DNA of 64,000 nucleotides, taken from NCBI RefSeq assembly GCF_030013595.1, contig NZ_CP122768.1, one strand, 5' to 3'. The stretch's first letter is position 1. Every line of letters begins with the position of its first letter. A program made the position numbers and the translations under genes. The notes under the pieces are model-generated. The model had not been told where the DNA came from and made no database searches. It saw only the letters and a list, made by a program, of their open reading frames with translations. This document shows, piece after piece, positions 20,394-30,237 of the stretch. This stretch comes from Escherichia coli. Its GTDB lineage: Bacteria > Pseudomonadota > Gammaproteobacteria > Enterobacterales > Enterobacteriaceae.

Positions 20394-20611
20394 TTCGAAC
20401 CTCTCTGTTTACTGATAAGTTCCAGATCCTCCTGGCAACTTGCACAAGTCCGACAACCCTGAACGGCCAAGCGTCTTCGTTCATCTATCGGATCGCCACA
20501 CTCACAACAATGAGTGGCAGATATAGCCTGGTGGTTCAGGCGGCGCATTTTTATTGCTGTGTTGCGCTGTAATTCTTCAATTTCTGATGCTGAATCAATG
20601 ATGTCTGCCAT
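20390..20611 (-). CDS. TraR/DksA-family C4 zinc-finger protein
   Basis: 73 aa with CCECGDPI...CRTCASCQ four-Cys motif. Confidence 0.55.
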   Translation of the reverse strand: MADIIDSASEIEELQRNTAIKMRRLNHQAISATHCCECGDPIDERRRLAVQGCRTCASCQEDLELISKQRGSK

Positions 20612-20709
20612 CTTTCATTAATCCCTGAATTGTTGGTTAATACGCTTGAGGGTGAATGCGAATAATAAAAAAGGAGCCTGTAGCTCCATGATGATTTTGT
20701 TTTTCATGC

Positions 20710-20991
20710 TCACCGTTCCTTAAAGACGCCGTTTAACATGCCGATCGCCAGGCTTAAATGAGTCGGTGTGAATCCCATCAGCGTTACCGTTTCGCGGTGC
20801 TTCTTCAGTACGCTACGGCAAATGTCATCGACGTTTTTATCCGGAAACTGCTGTCTGGCTTTTTTGATTTCATAATTAGCCTGACGGGCAATACTGCGAA
20901 GGGCGTTTTCTTGCTGAGGTGTCATTGAACAAGTCCCATGTCGGCAAGCATAAGCACACAGAATATGAAGCCCGCTGCCAGAAAAATGCAT
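20710..20991 (-). CDS. Hypothetical early protein (start uncertain)
   Basis: ORF in the pL operon, co-oriented with its neighbours. Confidence 0.3.
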   Translation of the reverse strand: MHFSGSGLHILCAYACRHGTCSMTPQQENALRSIARQANYEIKKARQQFPDKNVDDICRSVLKKHRETVTLMGFTPTHLSLAIGMLNGVFKER

Positions 20992-21001
20992 TCAGTGGTT
21001 G

Positions 21002-21193
21002 TCATACCTGGTCTCTCTCATCTGCTTCTGCTTTCGCCACCATCATTTCCAGCTTTTGTGAAAGGGATGTGGCTAACGTATGAAATTCTTCGTCTGTTTC
21101 TACTGGTATTGGCACAAACCTGACTCCAATTTGAGCGAGGCTATGTGCCATCTCGATACTCGTTCTTAACTCAACGGGAGATGCTTTGTGCAT
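21002..21193 (-). CDS. Hypothetical early protein (63 aa), upstream of exo
   Basis: ORF co-oriented in the pL operon; no function assigned. Confidence 0.35.
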   Translation of the reverse strand: MHKASPVELRTSIEMAHSLAQIGVRFVPIPVETDEEFHTLATSLSQKLEMMVAKAEADERDQV

Positions 21194-21344
21194 ACAGCCC
21201 CCCGTTTATTATTTATCTCCTCAGCCAGCCGCTGGGCTTTCAGTGGATTTTGGATAACAGAAAGGCCGGGAAATACCCAGCCTCGCTTTGTAACGGAGTA
21301 GACGAAAGTGATCGCGCCTACCCGGATATTATCGTGAGGATGCG

Positions 21345-22025
21345 TCATCGCCATTGCTCCCCAAATACAAAACCAATTTCAGCCAGTGCCTCGTCCATTT
21401 TTTCGATGAACTCCGGCACCATCTCGTCAAAACTCGCCATGTACTTTTCATCCCGCTCAACCACGACATAATGCAGTCCTTCACGCTTCATACGCGGGTC
21501 ATAGTTGGCAAAGTACCAGGCATCTTTTCGCGTCACCCACATGCTGTACTGCACCTGGGCCATGTAAGCCGACTTTATGGCCTCGAAACCACCGAGCCGG
21601 AACTTCATGAAATCCCGGGAGGTAAACGGGCATTTCAGCTCAAGGCCATTGCCGTCACTGCATAAACCATCGGGAGAGCAGGCGGTGCGCATACTTTCGT
21701 CGCGATAGATGATCGGGGATTCAGTAACATTCACGCCGGAAGTGAATTCAAACAGGGTTCTGGCGTCGTTCTCGTACTGTTTTCCCCAGGCCAGCGCCTT
21801 AGCATTAACTTCCGGAGCCACACCGGTGCAAACCTCAGCCAGCAGGGTGTGGAAGTAGGACATTTTCATGTCAGGCCACTTCTTTCCTGAGCGGGGCTTT
21901 GCTATCACGTTGTGAACTTCTGAAGCGGTGATGACGCCGAGCCGTAATTTGTGCCACGCATCATCCCCCTGTTCGACAGCTCTCACGTCGATCCCGGTAC
22001 GCTGCAGGATAATGTCCGGTGTCAT
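21345..22025 (-). CDS. exo: Lambda-type exonuclease (Red-alpha)
   Basis: 226-aa [43 protein letters not shown]... essentially identical in character to lambda Exo. Confidence 0.9.
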   Translation of the reverse strand: MTPDIILQRTGIDVRAVEQGDDAWHKLRLGVITASEVHNVIAKPRSGKKWPDMKMSYFHTLLAEVCTGVAPEVNAKALAWGKQYENDARTLFEFTSGVNVTESPIIYRDESMRTACSPDGLCSDGNGLELKCPFTSRDFMKFRLGGFEAIKSAYMAQVQYSMWVTRKDAWYFANYDPRMKREGLHYVVVERDEKYMASFDEMVPEFIEKMDEALAEIGFVFGEQWR

Positions 22026-22807
22026 GCAGCCACCTTCTGTTCAGAGGCTTTCTGTTTCAGGAATCCAAGAGCTTTCACTGCTTCGGCCTGTGTCAGTTCT
22101 GACGATGCGCGAATGTCGCGGCGAAATATCTGGGAACAGAGCGGCAATAAGTCGTCATCCCATGTTTTATCCAGGGCGATCAGCAGAGTGTTAATCTCCT
22201 GCATGGTTTCATCGTTAACCGGAGTGATGTCGCGTTCCGGCTGGCGTTCTGCAGTGTGTGCAGTATTTTCGACAATGCGCTCGGCTTCATCCTTGTCATA
22301 GATACCAGCAAATCCGAAGGCCAGACGGGCACACTGAATCATGGCTTTATGCCGTAACATCCGTTTGGGATGCGACTGCCACGCCCCCGTGATTTCTCTG
22401 CCTTCGCGAGTTTTGAATGGTTCGCGGCGGCATTCATCCATCCATTCGGTAACGCAGATCGGATGATTACGGTCCTTGCGGTAAATCCGGCATGTACAGG
22501 ATTCATTGTCCTGCTCAAAGTCCATGCCATCAAACTGCTGGTTTTCATTGATGATGCGGGACCAGCCATCAACGCCCACCACCGGAACGATGCCGTTCTG
22601 CTTATCAGGGAAGGCGTAAATTTCTTTCGTCCACGGATTAAGGCCGTACTGGTTGGCGACGATCAACAATGCGATGAACTGCGCATCGCTGGCATCACCT
22701 TTAAATGCCGTCTGGCGAAGAGTGGTGATCAGTTCCTGTGGGTCGACAGAATCCATGCCGACACGTTCAGCCAGCTTCCCTGCCAGCGTTGCGAGTGCTG
22801 TACTCAT
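22022..22807 (-). CDS. bet: Lambda-type recombinase Bet (Red-beta single-strand annealing protein)
   Basis: 261-aa [40 protein letters not shown]...; overlaps exo start. Confidence 0.9.
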   Translation of the reverse strand: MSTALATLAGKLAERVGMDSVDPQELITTLRQTAFKGDASDAQFIALLIVANQYGLNPWTKEIYAFPDKQNGIVPVVGVDGWSRIINENQQFDGMDFEQDNESCTCRIYRKDRNHPICVTEWMDECRREPFKTREGREITGAWQSHPKRMLRHKAMIQCARLAFGFAGIYDKDEAERIVENTAHTAERQPERDITPVNDETMQEINTLLIALDKTWDDDLLPLCSQIFRRDIRASSELTQAEAVKALGFLKQKASEQKVAA

Positions 22808-22812
22808 CCGTT

Positions 22813-23109
22813 TTATACCTCTGAATCAATATCAACCTGGTGGTGAGCAATGGTTTCAACCATGTACCGGATGTGTTCTGCCATGCGCTCCTGAAACTCA
22901 ACATCGTCATCAAACGCACGGGTAATGGCTTTTTTGCTGGCCCCGTGGCGTTGCAAATGATCGATGCATAGCGATTCAAACAGGTGCTGGGGCAGGCCTT
23001 TTTCCATGTCGTCTGCCAGTTCTGCCTCTTTCTCTTCACGAGCGATCTGCTGGTAGTGACGCGCCCAGCTCTGAGCCTCAAGACGATCCTGAATGTAATA
23101 AGCGTTCAT
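22813..23109 (-). CDS. gam: Gam, RecBCD inhibitor (short form; the long form may start upstream)
   Basis: 98-aa [41 protein letters not shown]... Confidence 0.85.
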   Translation of the reverse strand: MNAYYIQDRLEAQSWARHYQQIAREEKEAELADDMEKGLPQHLFESLCIDHLQRHGASKKAITRAFDDDVEFQERMAEHIRYMVETIAHHQVDIDSEV

Positions 23110-23184
23110 GGCTGAACTCCTGAAAATGGCTGTGAAAATAGCGCCCGCGAAATGCCAGGCTGATTAGGAAAACAGGAAAGGGGG

Positions 23185-23328
23185 TTAGTGAATGCTTTTG
23201 CTTGATCTCAGTTTCAGCATTAATATCCATTTTTTATAAGCGTCGACGGCTTCACGAAACATCTTTTCATCGCCAATAAAAGTGGCGATAGTGAATTTAG
23301 TCTGGATAGCCATAAGTGTTTGATCCAT
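23185..23328 (-). CDS. kil: Kil (host-killing FtsZ inhibitor), 47 aa
   Basis: Internal start of the 89-aa ORF gives [36 protein letters not shown]...SSKSIH, matching lambda Kil. Confidence 0.7.
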   Translation of the reverse strand: MDQTLMAIQTKFTIATFIGDEKMFREAVDAYKKWILMLKLRSSKSIH

Positions 23329-23461
23329 TTTTTGGGACTCCTGGCTGATTAAGTATGTCGATAAGGCGTTTCCATCCGTCACGTAATTTACGGGTGATTC
23401 GTTCAAGTAAAGATTCGGAAGGGCAGCCAGCAACAGGCCACCCTGCAATGGCATATTGCAT
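23297..23461 (-). CDS. cIII: cIII (FtsH inhibitor), 54 aa; below the ORF-track length cutoff
   Basis: Manual translation of the minus strand: [54 protein letters not shown]. Confidence 0.7.
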   Translation of the reverse strand: MQYAIAGWPVAGCPSESLLERITRKLRDGWKRLIDILNQPGVPKNGSNTYGYPD

Positions 23462-23533
23462 GGTGTGCTCCTTATTTATACATAACGAAAAACGCCTCGA
23501 GTGAAGCGTTATTGGTATGCGGTAAAGCCGCGC

Positions 23534-23845
23534 TTAGGCGGCTGATGTTTCTTCTTTCAGGCTTTCGAGATATTTACGTGGGTCGTCGTAACATTGGCAT
23601 TCGCTGTACCAATCCACCCAGCGATCAGTAAGCCCCACCTCTGATAAATCTTCATCGGTAAGGCTCTCATCCCACATCTCAAGGCCGTTAGCATTGCAGT
23701 AATCAGGCTTGATGTTGTTGTCATACTGAAAGGCGTCATAATCAGCCAGTGCGTCCATCAGGCGAACACCCTCTTCAACACTTGCCACTTCTACAATGAA
23801 CGGCTTCATAGGTACTTGCGGGATATGCCAGACACGTAATTTCAT
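23534..23845 (-). CDS. Hypothetical early protein (position of lambda ea10)
   Basis: 103-aa acidic Cys-containing ORF co-oriented in the pL operon. Confidence 0.45.
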   Translation of the reverse strand: MKLRVWHIPQVPMKPFIVEVASVEEGVRLMDALADYDAFQYDNNIKPDYCNANGLEMWDESLTDEDLSEVGLTDRWVDWYSECQCYDDPRKYLESLKEETSAA

Positions 23846-23989
23846 ATTTCCTCCGTCAAAAAAATGCCCTCACACTGGAGGGCAAAGAAGATTTCCAATA
23901 ATCAGAACAAGTCGGCTCCTGTTTAGTTACGAGCGACATTGCTCCGTGTATTCACTCGTTGGAATGAATACACAGTGCTTATTCGCAGC

Positions 23990-24397
23990 CTACATAATCA
24001 TTCCGGTTATTATTACCATTTCAATATCGCTATCTTTCATAATGATTGGAGTTGAGTTATCAACTTTACTTTTACTCCATTTTCCTGCATCAGTTTTTAC
24101 CGCTCCACAATAAGAAAGCCAATCATCATCACAATGTTCTGGATCACTAATTCTGACAAGAACACGTGATAGTGCTTTTTCGATACTTTCATCACAATTA
24201 GCATTTGTGTAATTGCCGTGAGACAATTTCAAATCGTTAACTTCATCTTCATTGGCATCAAAAATATAGATTTCAGTCGACTCTGGAACATTTTCATAAA
24301 CCATTAAAACTTTCATTTTTACCCCATATTGTTTATGCCAAAAATAAAGGCCACCATTAGGCAGCCTTGTTGTTCTGTTTACCAAGTTCTCTGGCAA
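23990..24397 (-). CDS. AT-rich accessory ORF (moron) of unknown function between ral and the ea10-position gene
   Basis: 135-aa ORF (possibly starting at internal Met MKVLMVYENVPE...); local GC clearly lower than its neighbours. Confidence 0.4.
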   Translation of the reverse strand: MPENLVNRTTRLPNGGLYFWHKQYGVKMKVLMVYENVPESTEIYIFDANEDEVNDLKLSHGNYTNANCDESIEKALSRVLVRISDPEHCDDDWLSYCGAVKTDAGKWSKSKVDNSTPIIMKDSDIEMVIITGMIM

Positions 24398-24557
24398 TCA
24401 TTGCCGTCGTTCGTATTGCCCATTTATCGACATATTTCCCATCTTCCATTACAGGAAACATTTCTTCAGGCTTAACCATGCATTCCGATTGCAGCTTGCA
24501 TCCATTGCATCGTTTGAATTGTCCACACCATTGATTTGTATCAATAGTCGTAGTCAT
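24357..24557 (-). CDS. ral: Ral, restriction alleviation protein
   Basis: 66-aa ORF MTTTIDTNQWCGQFKRCNGCKLQSECMVKPEEMFPVMEDGKYVDKWAIRTTAMIARELGKQNNKAA, matching lambda Ral as recalled. Confidence 0.75.
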   Translation of the reverse strand: MTTTIDTNQWCGQFKRCNGCKLQSECMVKPEEMFPVMEDGKYVDKWAIRTTAMIARELGKQNNKAA

Positions 24558-24685
24558 ACGGATAGTCCTGGTATTGTTCCATCACATCCTGAGGATGCTC
24601 TTCGAACTCTTCAAATTCTTCTTCCATATCTCACCTCAAATAAGTGGTTTGCTGCCTAATTTCATTTTCTGGCGACCAACACAAG

Positions 24686-24958
24686 TCATCTTGCTGTCAG
24701 CTGTTTGGATTTCCTGTAGCCTGCCGCGTAAATGGCTACATTTGGAAGACAAGTTGAGCCTTCATATTTTCTGGTCAACGTTGTCAGTGTTATTACTTCT
24801 GCTCTCATTACTGGTTTGCGTTTGCATTGTAAGACCACTCGTGAAGGGGTTGGCCTGTGTAGCTTGTCAGAGCTGATCGCCTCCTGACTTTGCAGGTTTG
24901 CACGACGAGCTCTACGGCGAGAAGCTGCGGTGCCTTTAAATTCTGTTTTTCTGGACAT
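24686..24958 (-). CDS. N-like transcription antiterminator (arginine-rich motif; P22 gp24-like C-terminus)
   Basis: Arg-rich motif ASRRRARRA near the N-terminus; C-terminus ...VAIYAAGYRKSKQLTAR resembles P22 gp24; start set at internal Met. Confidence 0.65.
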   Translation of the reverse strand: MSRKTEFKGTAASRRRARRANLQSQEAISSDKLHRPTPSRVVLQCKRKPVMRAEVITLTTLTRKYEGSTCLPNVAIYAAGYRKSKQLTAR

Positions 24959-25397
24959 AGATTCCTCCCGAATAAACTTTGGCGATGCAATCTCGAAGCT
25001 CCTCCTGAGACGGTTGCTTCGGCATTGCATCCCACAGCTTATATGGTTGGGTGATCTGGCTTTTCAGCCACGTAGTCGAGTGTTCGACGTTGTTTAAAGA
25101 GCCTGCCAGTCTGCTCCGTTTGGCTTACAGCGTCCTGCTGACGGTTAAATAGTACGATATGTACTTTATTGGGTCAATACAATTTGTTCTAAAATGGGGT
25201 GATTTTTTATAACGCTTTGTATTTAATAGTGTTGTTTTTTAGCGTGGGTGTATCGCCTCGGCGATGTAAGGAGAGATCAGAATTGCGTGGTTTAGTGAGT
25301 TGTATCTATTTATTTTTCAATAAATACATTTGGTTATGTGTCTTTAGGTGGGGGCGTGAGGCAAAGAAAACCCGGCTCGGTGGCCGGGTTGATGGGA

Positions 25398-26255
25398 TTA
25401 TCGTTTATTTCTTTGATGTTTCTTTGCTGACTCAGCTTGAGTGTTTCCATACCTGCGTTTACCGCTATTGTTTTTTCCTCTAGGCTTGCCTTTTTTTCGA
25501 TCTTCCCACCAGTCAGGTGCCGGGTCTGGCTCAACATGTAAAGCATCGGCAAGTCCTGATATCAAGCTGTATGACTGAACTCCATCAATGTGCTCTGACA
25601 GTGATGGGGTAACATTCTGTCTTAGTGGATCAAGAATAAAATCAATACCTTTAATTCTGGCGTGTTTGGCGGCAGGCACAAAGTCTGAGTCCCCAGCAAC
25701 AAGGACAATTACATCAACAAGTTTTTCATAAGCTAAAGTCGTGATATCCATCCCTAGCTTGATATCAACTTGTTTTTGTTTGATGTCATAGTAAAAATCA
25801 TCATTTGTCAGTTCATCCCATTTTTTCGTTCCTTTCATCAGAGCATCAAGGGAGAATGTAGTTAGTTGCCATCGCTTATTATCAACAAGATTCCCTAATC
25901 TTAAGGCTGTTTTTCGAGTTTTTCTTAACTCTTCATGCAGCTCCGTTCTCAGAATATATGATTTTTCGAGTTTGAAATTCTTGCGACCAGGCGTCTTATT
26001 GCCAGGCTCAGGAAGTGGAAGGCGTGTTTGAATGTCGAGTGGTGGACAGTCATAGAAGTAAATTCTATAAAGCTCAAGCGGTTCCCTACGTTCTTGTGAT
26101 TGACGTTTTCCATTAAGATGGGAAAGAACCATTGACCATATTACTTTCATTATGCATTGCGCAGTCAGTTCATGCTCGGCGAAGTGTTTACGATGCGTAG
26201 CATGAACACGCTGCATGAAAAAACCCGCATCAATTAAAATTGCTGCTTTCTTCAT
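25398..26255 (-). CDS. NYN-domain (LabA/PIN-like) putative nuclease, in the position lambda uses for rexAB
   Basis: 285 aa; N-terminal MKKAAILIDAGFF and VIVLVAGDSDFVPAAKHARIKGIDFIL motifs typical of NYN domains; lies between cI and the pL/N region. Confidence 0.65.
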   Translation of the reverse strand: MKKAAILIDAGFFMQRVHATHRKHFAEHELTAQCIMKVIWSMVLSHLNGKRQSQERREPLELYRIYFYDCPPLDIQTRLPLPEPGNKTPGRKNFKLEKSYILRTELHEELRKTRKTALRLGNLVDNKRWQLTTFSLDALMKGTKKWDELTNDDFYYDIKQKQVDIKLGMDITTLAYEKLVDVIVLVAGDSDFVPAAKHARIKGIDFILDPLRQNVTPSLSEHIDGVQSYSLISGLADALHVEPDPAPDWWEDRKKGKPRGKNNSGKRRYGNTQAESAKKHQRNKR

Positions 26256-26263
26256 AAGAGTCC

Positions 26264-26323
26264 CAAAAAAATAGCCCAGAGCCGTTATGCAGATATTAAC
26301 AATTGTCTGCGAACGGGGCTGGG
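26264..26323 (-). terminator. Hairpin + T-run (minus strand) between the cI stop and the NYN gene start
   Basis: Inverted repeat gcccagagccgtt...aacggggctgggc followed on the minus strand by TTTTTTT. Confidence 0.45.
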
Positions 26324-26382
26324 CTTGGTTTAATTAATCTATGCCAAGTTGACTGTGCCGTCAACATAAAACTTACTTCCTA

Positions 26383-27042
26383 TCACCCAAACGTCTCTTC
26401 AGGCCACTGACTAGCGATAACTTTCCCCACAACGGAACAACTCTCATTGCATGGGATCATTGGGTATTGTGGGTTTAGTGGCTGTAGAAACACCTGACCG
26501 CTATCCCTGATCAGTTTCTTGAAGGTAAACTCATCACCACCAAGTCTGGCTATACAGAAATCGCCTGGCTCAACAGCCTGCTCAGGGTCAACCAGAATTA
26601 ACATCCCGTCAGGAAAGCTGGGCTTGGATCCTGTTGGTGCGGTCATGGAATTACCTTCAACCTCAAGCCAGAATGCAGAGCCACTGGCTTTTTTGGTTGT
26701 GCTTACCAATCTCTCCGCATCGCCTTTGGTAAAGGTTCTGAGTTCTGGAGAGAACATCCCAGCCTGAACATGAGAAAATACAGGGTACTCATATTGTTTT
26801 TTAACTGGGGCCGATGAGTATTCGCCAACAGGTGAAAATGTCCCGTCGTGGTTGAATGATATGTTATCAATACCAAGGTATTTAAACACCACACCAATAT
26901 CACTAAGAGATGGATGACGAGATCCGCGCAACCAGTGTCCAATCCCACCCTGCGTCATACCTAGCTCTTCGGCTAACTTCTCTTGAGTTATGCCGAGCTC
27001 TTTCATTCTGGATCTAGCCAGTTCATACCATTTCATTTTCAT
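26383..27042 (-). CDS. cI: cI-type prophage repressor (HTH_XRE + S24 LexA-like autopeptidase)
   Basis: N-terminal HTH (…[25 protein letters not shown]…) and C-terminal S24 peptidase-like domain; start could also be 27084 or 27036. Confidence 0.85.
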   Translation of the reverse strand: MKMKWYELARSRMKELGITQEKLAEELGMTQGGIGHWLRGSRHPSLSDIGVVFKYLGIDNISFNHDGTFSPVGEYSSAPVKKQYEYPVFSHVQAGMFSPELRTFTKGDAERLVSTTKKASGSAFWLEVEGNSMTAPTGSKPSFPDGMLILVDPEQAVEPGDFCIARLGGDEFTFKKLIRDSGQVFLQPLNPQYPMIPCNESCSVVGKVIASQWPEETFG

Positions 27043-27152
27043 GTCCTTATTATTACGCTCTGTACTGGAACCATCAATGCACAATGTGTATTTTTGCTTG
27101 TATTTGGAAAGTACATATTGTATTTTTTATTCGAGGTTACTATGGAGGGCAT

Positions 27153-27368
27153 ATGAGCAACCTACGAAAATATCGAGAGTCACTGAATATCTCTCAAACA
27201 ACACTTGCTAAGGCAGTTGGATGCACACAGGGAGCTATCGGACATTGGGAATCTGGTCGTCGCTTCCCAGACCTTAAAACATGCCGTGCTCTTGTTGCGT
27301 GCCTAAATAAGTTAGGCGCAAAAGTAAGTCTTGATGACGTGTTCCCGCCGGAACACAAAGCCGCTTAA
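27153..27368 (+). CDS. cro: Cro-like HTH repressor
   Basis: 71 aa MSNLRKYRESLNISQTTLAKAVGCTQGAIGHWESGRR...; SD GGAGGG 4 nt upstream; divergent from cI. Confidence 0.8.
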   Translation: MSNLRKYRESLNISQTTLAKAVGCTQGAIGHWESGRRFPDLKTCRALVACLNKLGAKVSLDDVFPPEHKAA

Positions 27369-27509
27369 TAAGCGGAGCCGCTCTTTGTAACAACGGACAT
27401 TCGTCCTACGTCGCTGAAAAGCGAGTCCCAAGATATCTGACCAACTAAGGCCATATGCGTTTCCACGCATACCTTTCAACTAACTATTCACTATTGGAAA
27501 TCTTAAGAA

Positions 27510-27806
27510 ATGGAACGAACAAGTTACAGCAAACTATCACAGCGTGACGTTGATCGCGCAGAAACAGATTTACTCATCAACCTATCAACGCTTACCCAGC
27601 GCGGTCTGGCAAAGATGATTGGCTGTCATGAATCGAAGATAAGCAGAACGGACTGGAGATTTATTGCTTCGGTCTTGTGTGCTTTCGGAATGGCATCAGA
27701 CATCAGTCCGATTAGCAGGGCTTTTAAGTATGCGCTTGATGAAATCACAAAGAAAAAATCCCCGGCCGCCACCGAGGATTTTAAGCAAATTGATATGCAA
27801 TTCTGA
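27510..27806 (+). CDS. cII: cII-like transcriptional activator
   Basis: 98 aa; C-terminal ...KKKSPAATEDFKQIDMQF resembles the lambda cII tail; position after cro. Confidence 0.65.
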   Translation: MERTSYSKLSQRDVDRAETDLLINLSTLTQRGLAKMIGCHESKISRTDWRFIASVLCAFGMASDISPISRAFKYALDEITKKKSPAATEDFKQIDMQF

Positions 27807-27838
27807 GGGAATTACTGGATCAATCTACAGGGGTCATT

Positions 27839-28738
27839 ATGACAAATACAGCAAAAATACTCAACTTCTGCAGAGGTAACTTTGCCGAACAGGAGCGTAA
27901 TGTGGCAGATCTCGATGATGGTTACGCCAGACTATCAAATATGCTGCTTGAGGCTTATTCAGGCGCAGATCTGACCAAGCGACAGTTTAAAGTGCTGCTT
28001 GCCATTCTGCGTAAAACCTATGGGTGGAATAAACCAATGGACAGAATCACCGATTCTCAACTTAGCGAGATTACAAAGTTACCTGTCAAACGGTGCAATG
28101 AAGCCAAGTTAGAGCTCGTCAGAATGAATATTATCAAGCAGCAAGGCGGCATGTTTGGACCAAATAAAAACATCTCAGAATGGTGTATCCCTCAAAACGA
28201 GGGAAAATCCCCTAAAACGAGGGATAAAACATCCCTCAAATTGGGGGATTGCTATCCCTCAAAACAGGGGAACACAAAAGACACTAATACAAAAGAAAAA
28301 AGAAAAGATTATTCGTCAGAGAATTCTGGCGAATCCTCTGACCAGCCAGAAAACGATCTTTCTGTGGTTAAACCGGATGCTGCAATTCAGAGCGGCAGCA
28401 AGTGGGGAACAGCAGAAGACCTGACCGCCGCAGAGTGGATGTTTGACATGGTGAAGACCATCGCGCCATCAGCCAGAAAACCGAATTTTGCTGGGTGGGC
28501 TAACGATATCCGCCTGATGCGTGAACGTGACGGACGTAACCACCGCGATATGTGTGTGCTTTTCCGCTGGGCCTGCCAGGACAACTTCTGGTCCGGTAAC
28601 GTGCTGAGTCCGGCCAAACTCCGCGACAAGTGGACCCAGCTCGAAATCAACCGTAACAAGCAACAGGCAGGCGTGACAGCCAGCAAACCAAAACTCGACC
28701 TGACAAACACTGACTGGATTTACGGGGTGGATTTATGA
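27839..28738 (+). CDS. O: Replication initiator O (lambda-type)
   Basis: 299 aa; four iterons and an AT-rich tract embedded mid-gene; followed by P. Confidence 0.85.
   Translation: MTNTAKILNFCRGNFAEQERNVADLDDGYARLSNMLLEAYSGADLTKRQFKVLLAILRKTYGWNKPMDRITDSQLSEITKLPVKRCNEAKLELVRMNIIKQQGGMFGPNKNISEWCIPQNEGKSPKTRDKTSLKLGDCYPSKQGNTKDTNTKEKRKDYSSENSGESSDQPENDLSVVKPDAAIQSGSKWGTAEDLTAAEWMFDMVKTIAPSARKPNFAGWANDIRLMRERDGRNHRDMCVLFRWACQDNFWSGNVLSPAKLRDKWTQLEINRNKQQAGVTASKPKLDLTNTDWIYGVDL
28187..28310. other. Lambda-type origin of replication: four ~18-bp iterons (ATCCCTCAAAACGAGGGA-like) plus AT-rich tract
   Basis: Iterons at 28187, 28208, 28231 and 28254, followed by an A-rich segment 28272..28310. 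Confidence 0.75.
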
Positions 28739-29436
28739 AAAACATCGCCGCACAGATGGTTAACTTTGACCGTGAGCAGATGCGTCGGATCGCCAACAAC
28801 ATGCCGGAACAGTACGACGAAAAGCCGCAGGTACAACAGGTAGCGCAGATCATCAATGGTGTGTTCAGCCAGTTACTGGCAACTTTCCCGGCGAGCCAGG
28901 CTAACCGGGACCAGAACGAACTGAACGAAATCCGCCGCCAGTGGGTGCTGGCTTTCCGGGAAAACGGGATCACCACGATGGAACAGGTTAACGCAGGAAT
29001 GCGCGTAGCCCGTCGGCAGAATCGACCATTTCTGCCATCACCCGGGCAGTTTGTTGCATGGTGCCGGGAAGAAGCATCCGTTACCGCCGGACTGCCAAAC
29101 GTCAGCGAGCTGGTTGATATGGTTTACGAGTATTGCCGGAAGCGAGGCCTGTATCCGGATGCGGAGTCTTATCCGTGGAAATCAAACGCGCACTACTGGC
29201 TGGTTACCAACCTGTATCAGAACATGCGGGCCAATGCGCTTACTGATGCGGAATTACGCCGTAAGGCCGCAGATGAGCTTGTCCATATGACTGCGAGAAT
29301 TAACCGTGGTGAGGCGATCCCTGAACCAGTAAAACAACTTCCTGTCATGGGCGGTAGACCTCTAAATCGTGCACAGGCTCTGGCGAAGATCGCAGAAATC
29401 AAAGCTAAGTTCGGACTGAAAGGAGCAAGTGTATGA
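28735..29436 (+). CDS. P: Replication protein P (DnaB helicase loader)
   Basis: 233-aa ORF MKNIAAQMVNFDREQMRRIANNMPEQYDEKPQVQQ...; overlaps O stop. Confidence 0.85.
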   Translation: MKNIAAQMVNFDREQMRRIANNMPEQYDEKPQVQQVAQIINGVFSQLLATFPASQANRDQNELNEIRRQWVLAFRENGITTMEQVNAGMRVARRQNRPFLPSPGQFVAWCREEASVTAGLPNVSELVDMVYEYCRKRGLYPDAESYPWKSNAHYWLVTNLYQNMRANALTDAELRRKAADELVHMTARINRGEAIPEPVKQLPVMGGRPLNRAQALAKIAEIKAKFGLKGASV

Positions 29437-29723
29437 CGGGCAAAGAGGCAATTATTCATTACCTGGGGACGCATAATAGCTTCTGTGCGCCGGACGTTGC
29501 CGCGCTAACAGGCGCAACAGTAACCAGCATAAATCAGGCCGCGGCTAAAATGGCACGGGCAGGTCTTCTGGTTATCGAAGGTAAGGTCTGGCGAACGGTG
29601 TATTACCGGTTTGCTACCAGGGAAGAACGGGAAGGAAAGATGAGCACGAACCTGATTTTTAAGGAGTGTCGCCAGAGTGCCGCGATGAAACGGGTATTGG
29701 CGGTATATGGAGTTAAAAGATGA
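29433..29723 (+). CDS. ren: Ren (protection from Rex exclusion)
   Basis: 96-aa ORF MTGKEAIIHYLGTHNSFCAPDVAALTGATVTSINQAAAKMARAGLLVIEGK..., matching lambda Ren as recalled. Confidence 0.8.
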   Translation: MTGKEAIIHYLGTHNSFCAPDVAALTGATVTSINQAAAKMARAGLLVIEGKVWRTVYYRFATREEREGKMSTNLIFKECRQSAAMKRVLAVYGVKR

Positions 29724-29778
29724 CCATCTACATTACTGAGCTAATAACAGGCCTGCTGGTAATCGCAGGCCTTTTTAT

Positions 29779-30237
29779 TTGGGGGAGAGGGAAGTCATGA
29801 AAAAACTAACCTTTGAAATTCGATCTCCAGCACATCAGCAAAACGCTATTCACGCAGTACAGCAAATCCTTCCAGACCCAACCAAACCAATCGTAGTAAC
29901 CATTCAGGAGCGCAACCGCAGCTTAGACCAAAATCGGAAGCTTTGGGCTTGCCTTGGTGACGTTTCGCGTCAGGTTGAATGGCATGGTCGCTGGCTGGAT
30001 GCAGAAAGCTGGAAGTGTGTGTTTACCGCAGCATTAAAGCAGCAGGATGTTGTTCCTAACCTTGCCGGGAATGGCTTTGTGGTAATAGGCCAGTCAACCA
30101 GCAGGATGCGTGTAAACGAATTTGCGGAGCTATTAGAGCTTATACAGGCATTCGGTACAGAGCGTGGCGTTAAGTGGTCAGACGAAGCGAGACTGGCTCT
30201 GGAGTGGAAAGCGAGATGGGGAGATCGGGCTGCATGA
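29779..30237 (+). CDS. ninB: NinB (Orf-family recombination mediator)
   Basis: 152-aa ORF MKKLTFEIRSPAHQQNAIHAVQQILPDPTKPIVVTIQERNRSLDQNRKLWA... Confidence 0.85.
   Translation: MGEREVMKKLTFEIRSPAHQQNAIHAVQQILPDPTKPIVVTIQERNRSLDQNRKLWACLGDVSRQVEWHGRWLDAESWKCVFTAALKQQDVVPNLAGNGFVVIGQSTSRMRVNEFAELLELIQAFGTERGVKWSDEARLALEWKARWGDRAA

Noticed and set aside
21166-21354. 62-aa minus-strand ORF between the 63-aa early gene and exo
   Set aside because: Overlaps the neighbouring ORF by ~28 bp and has no clear ribosome-binding site; could be a real orf60a-like gene, but the evidence is too thin.
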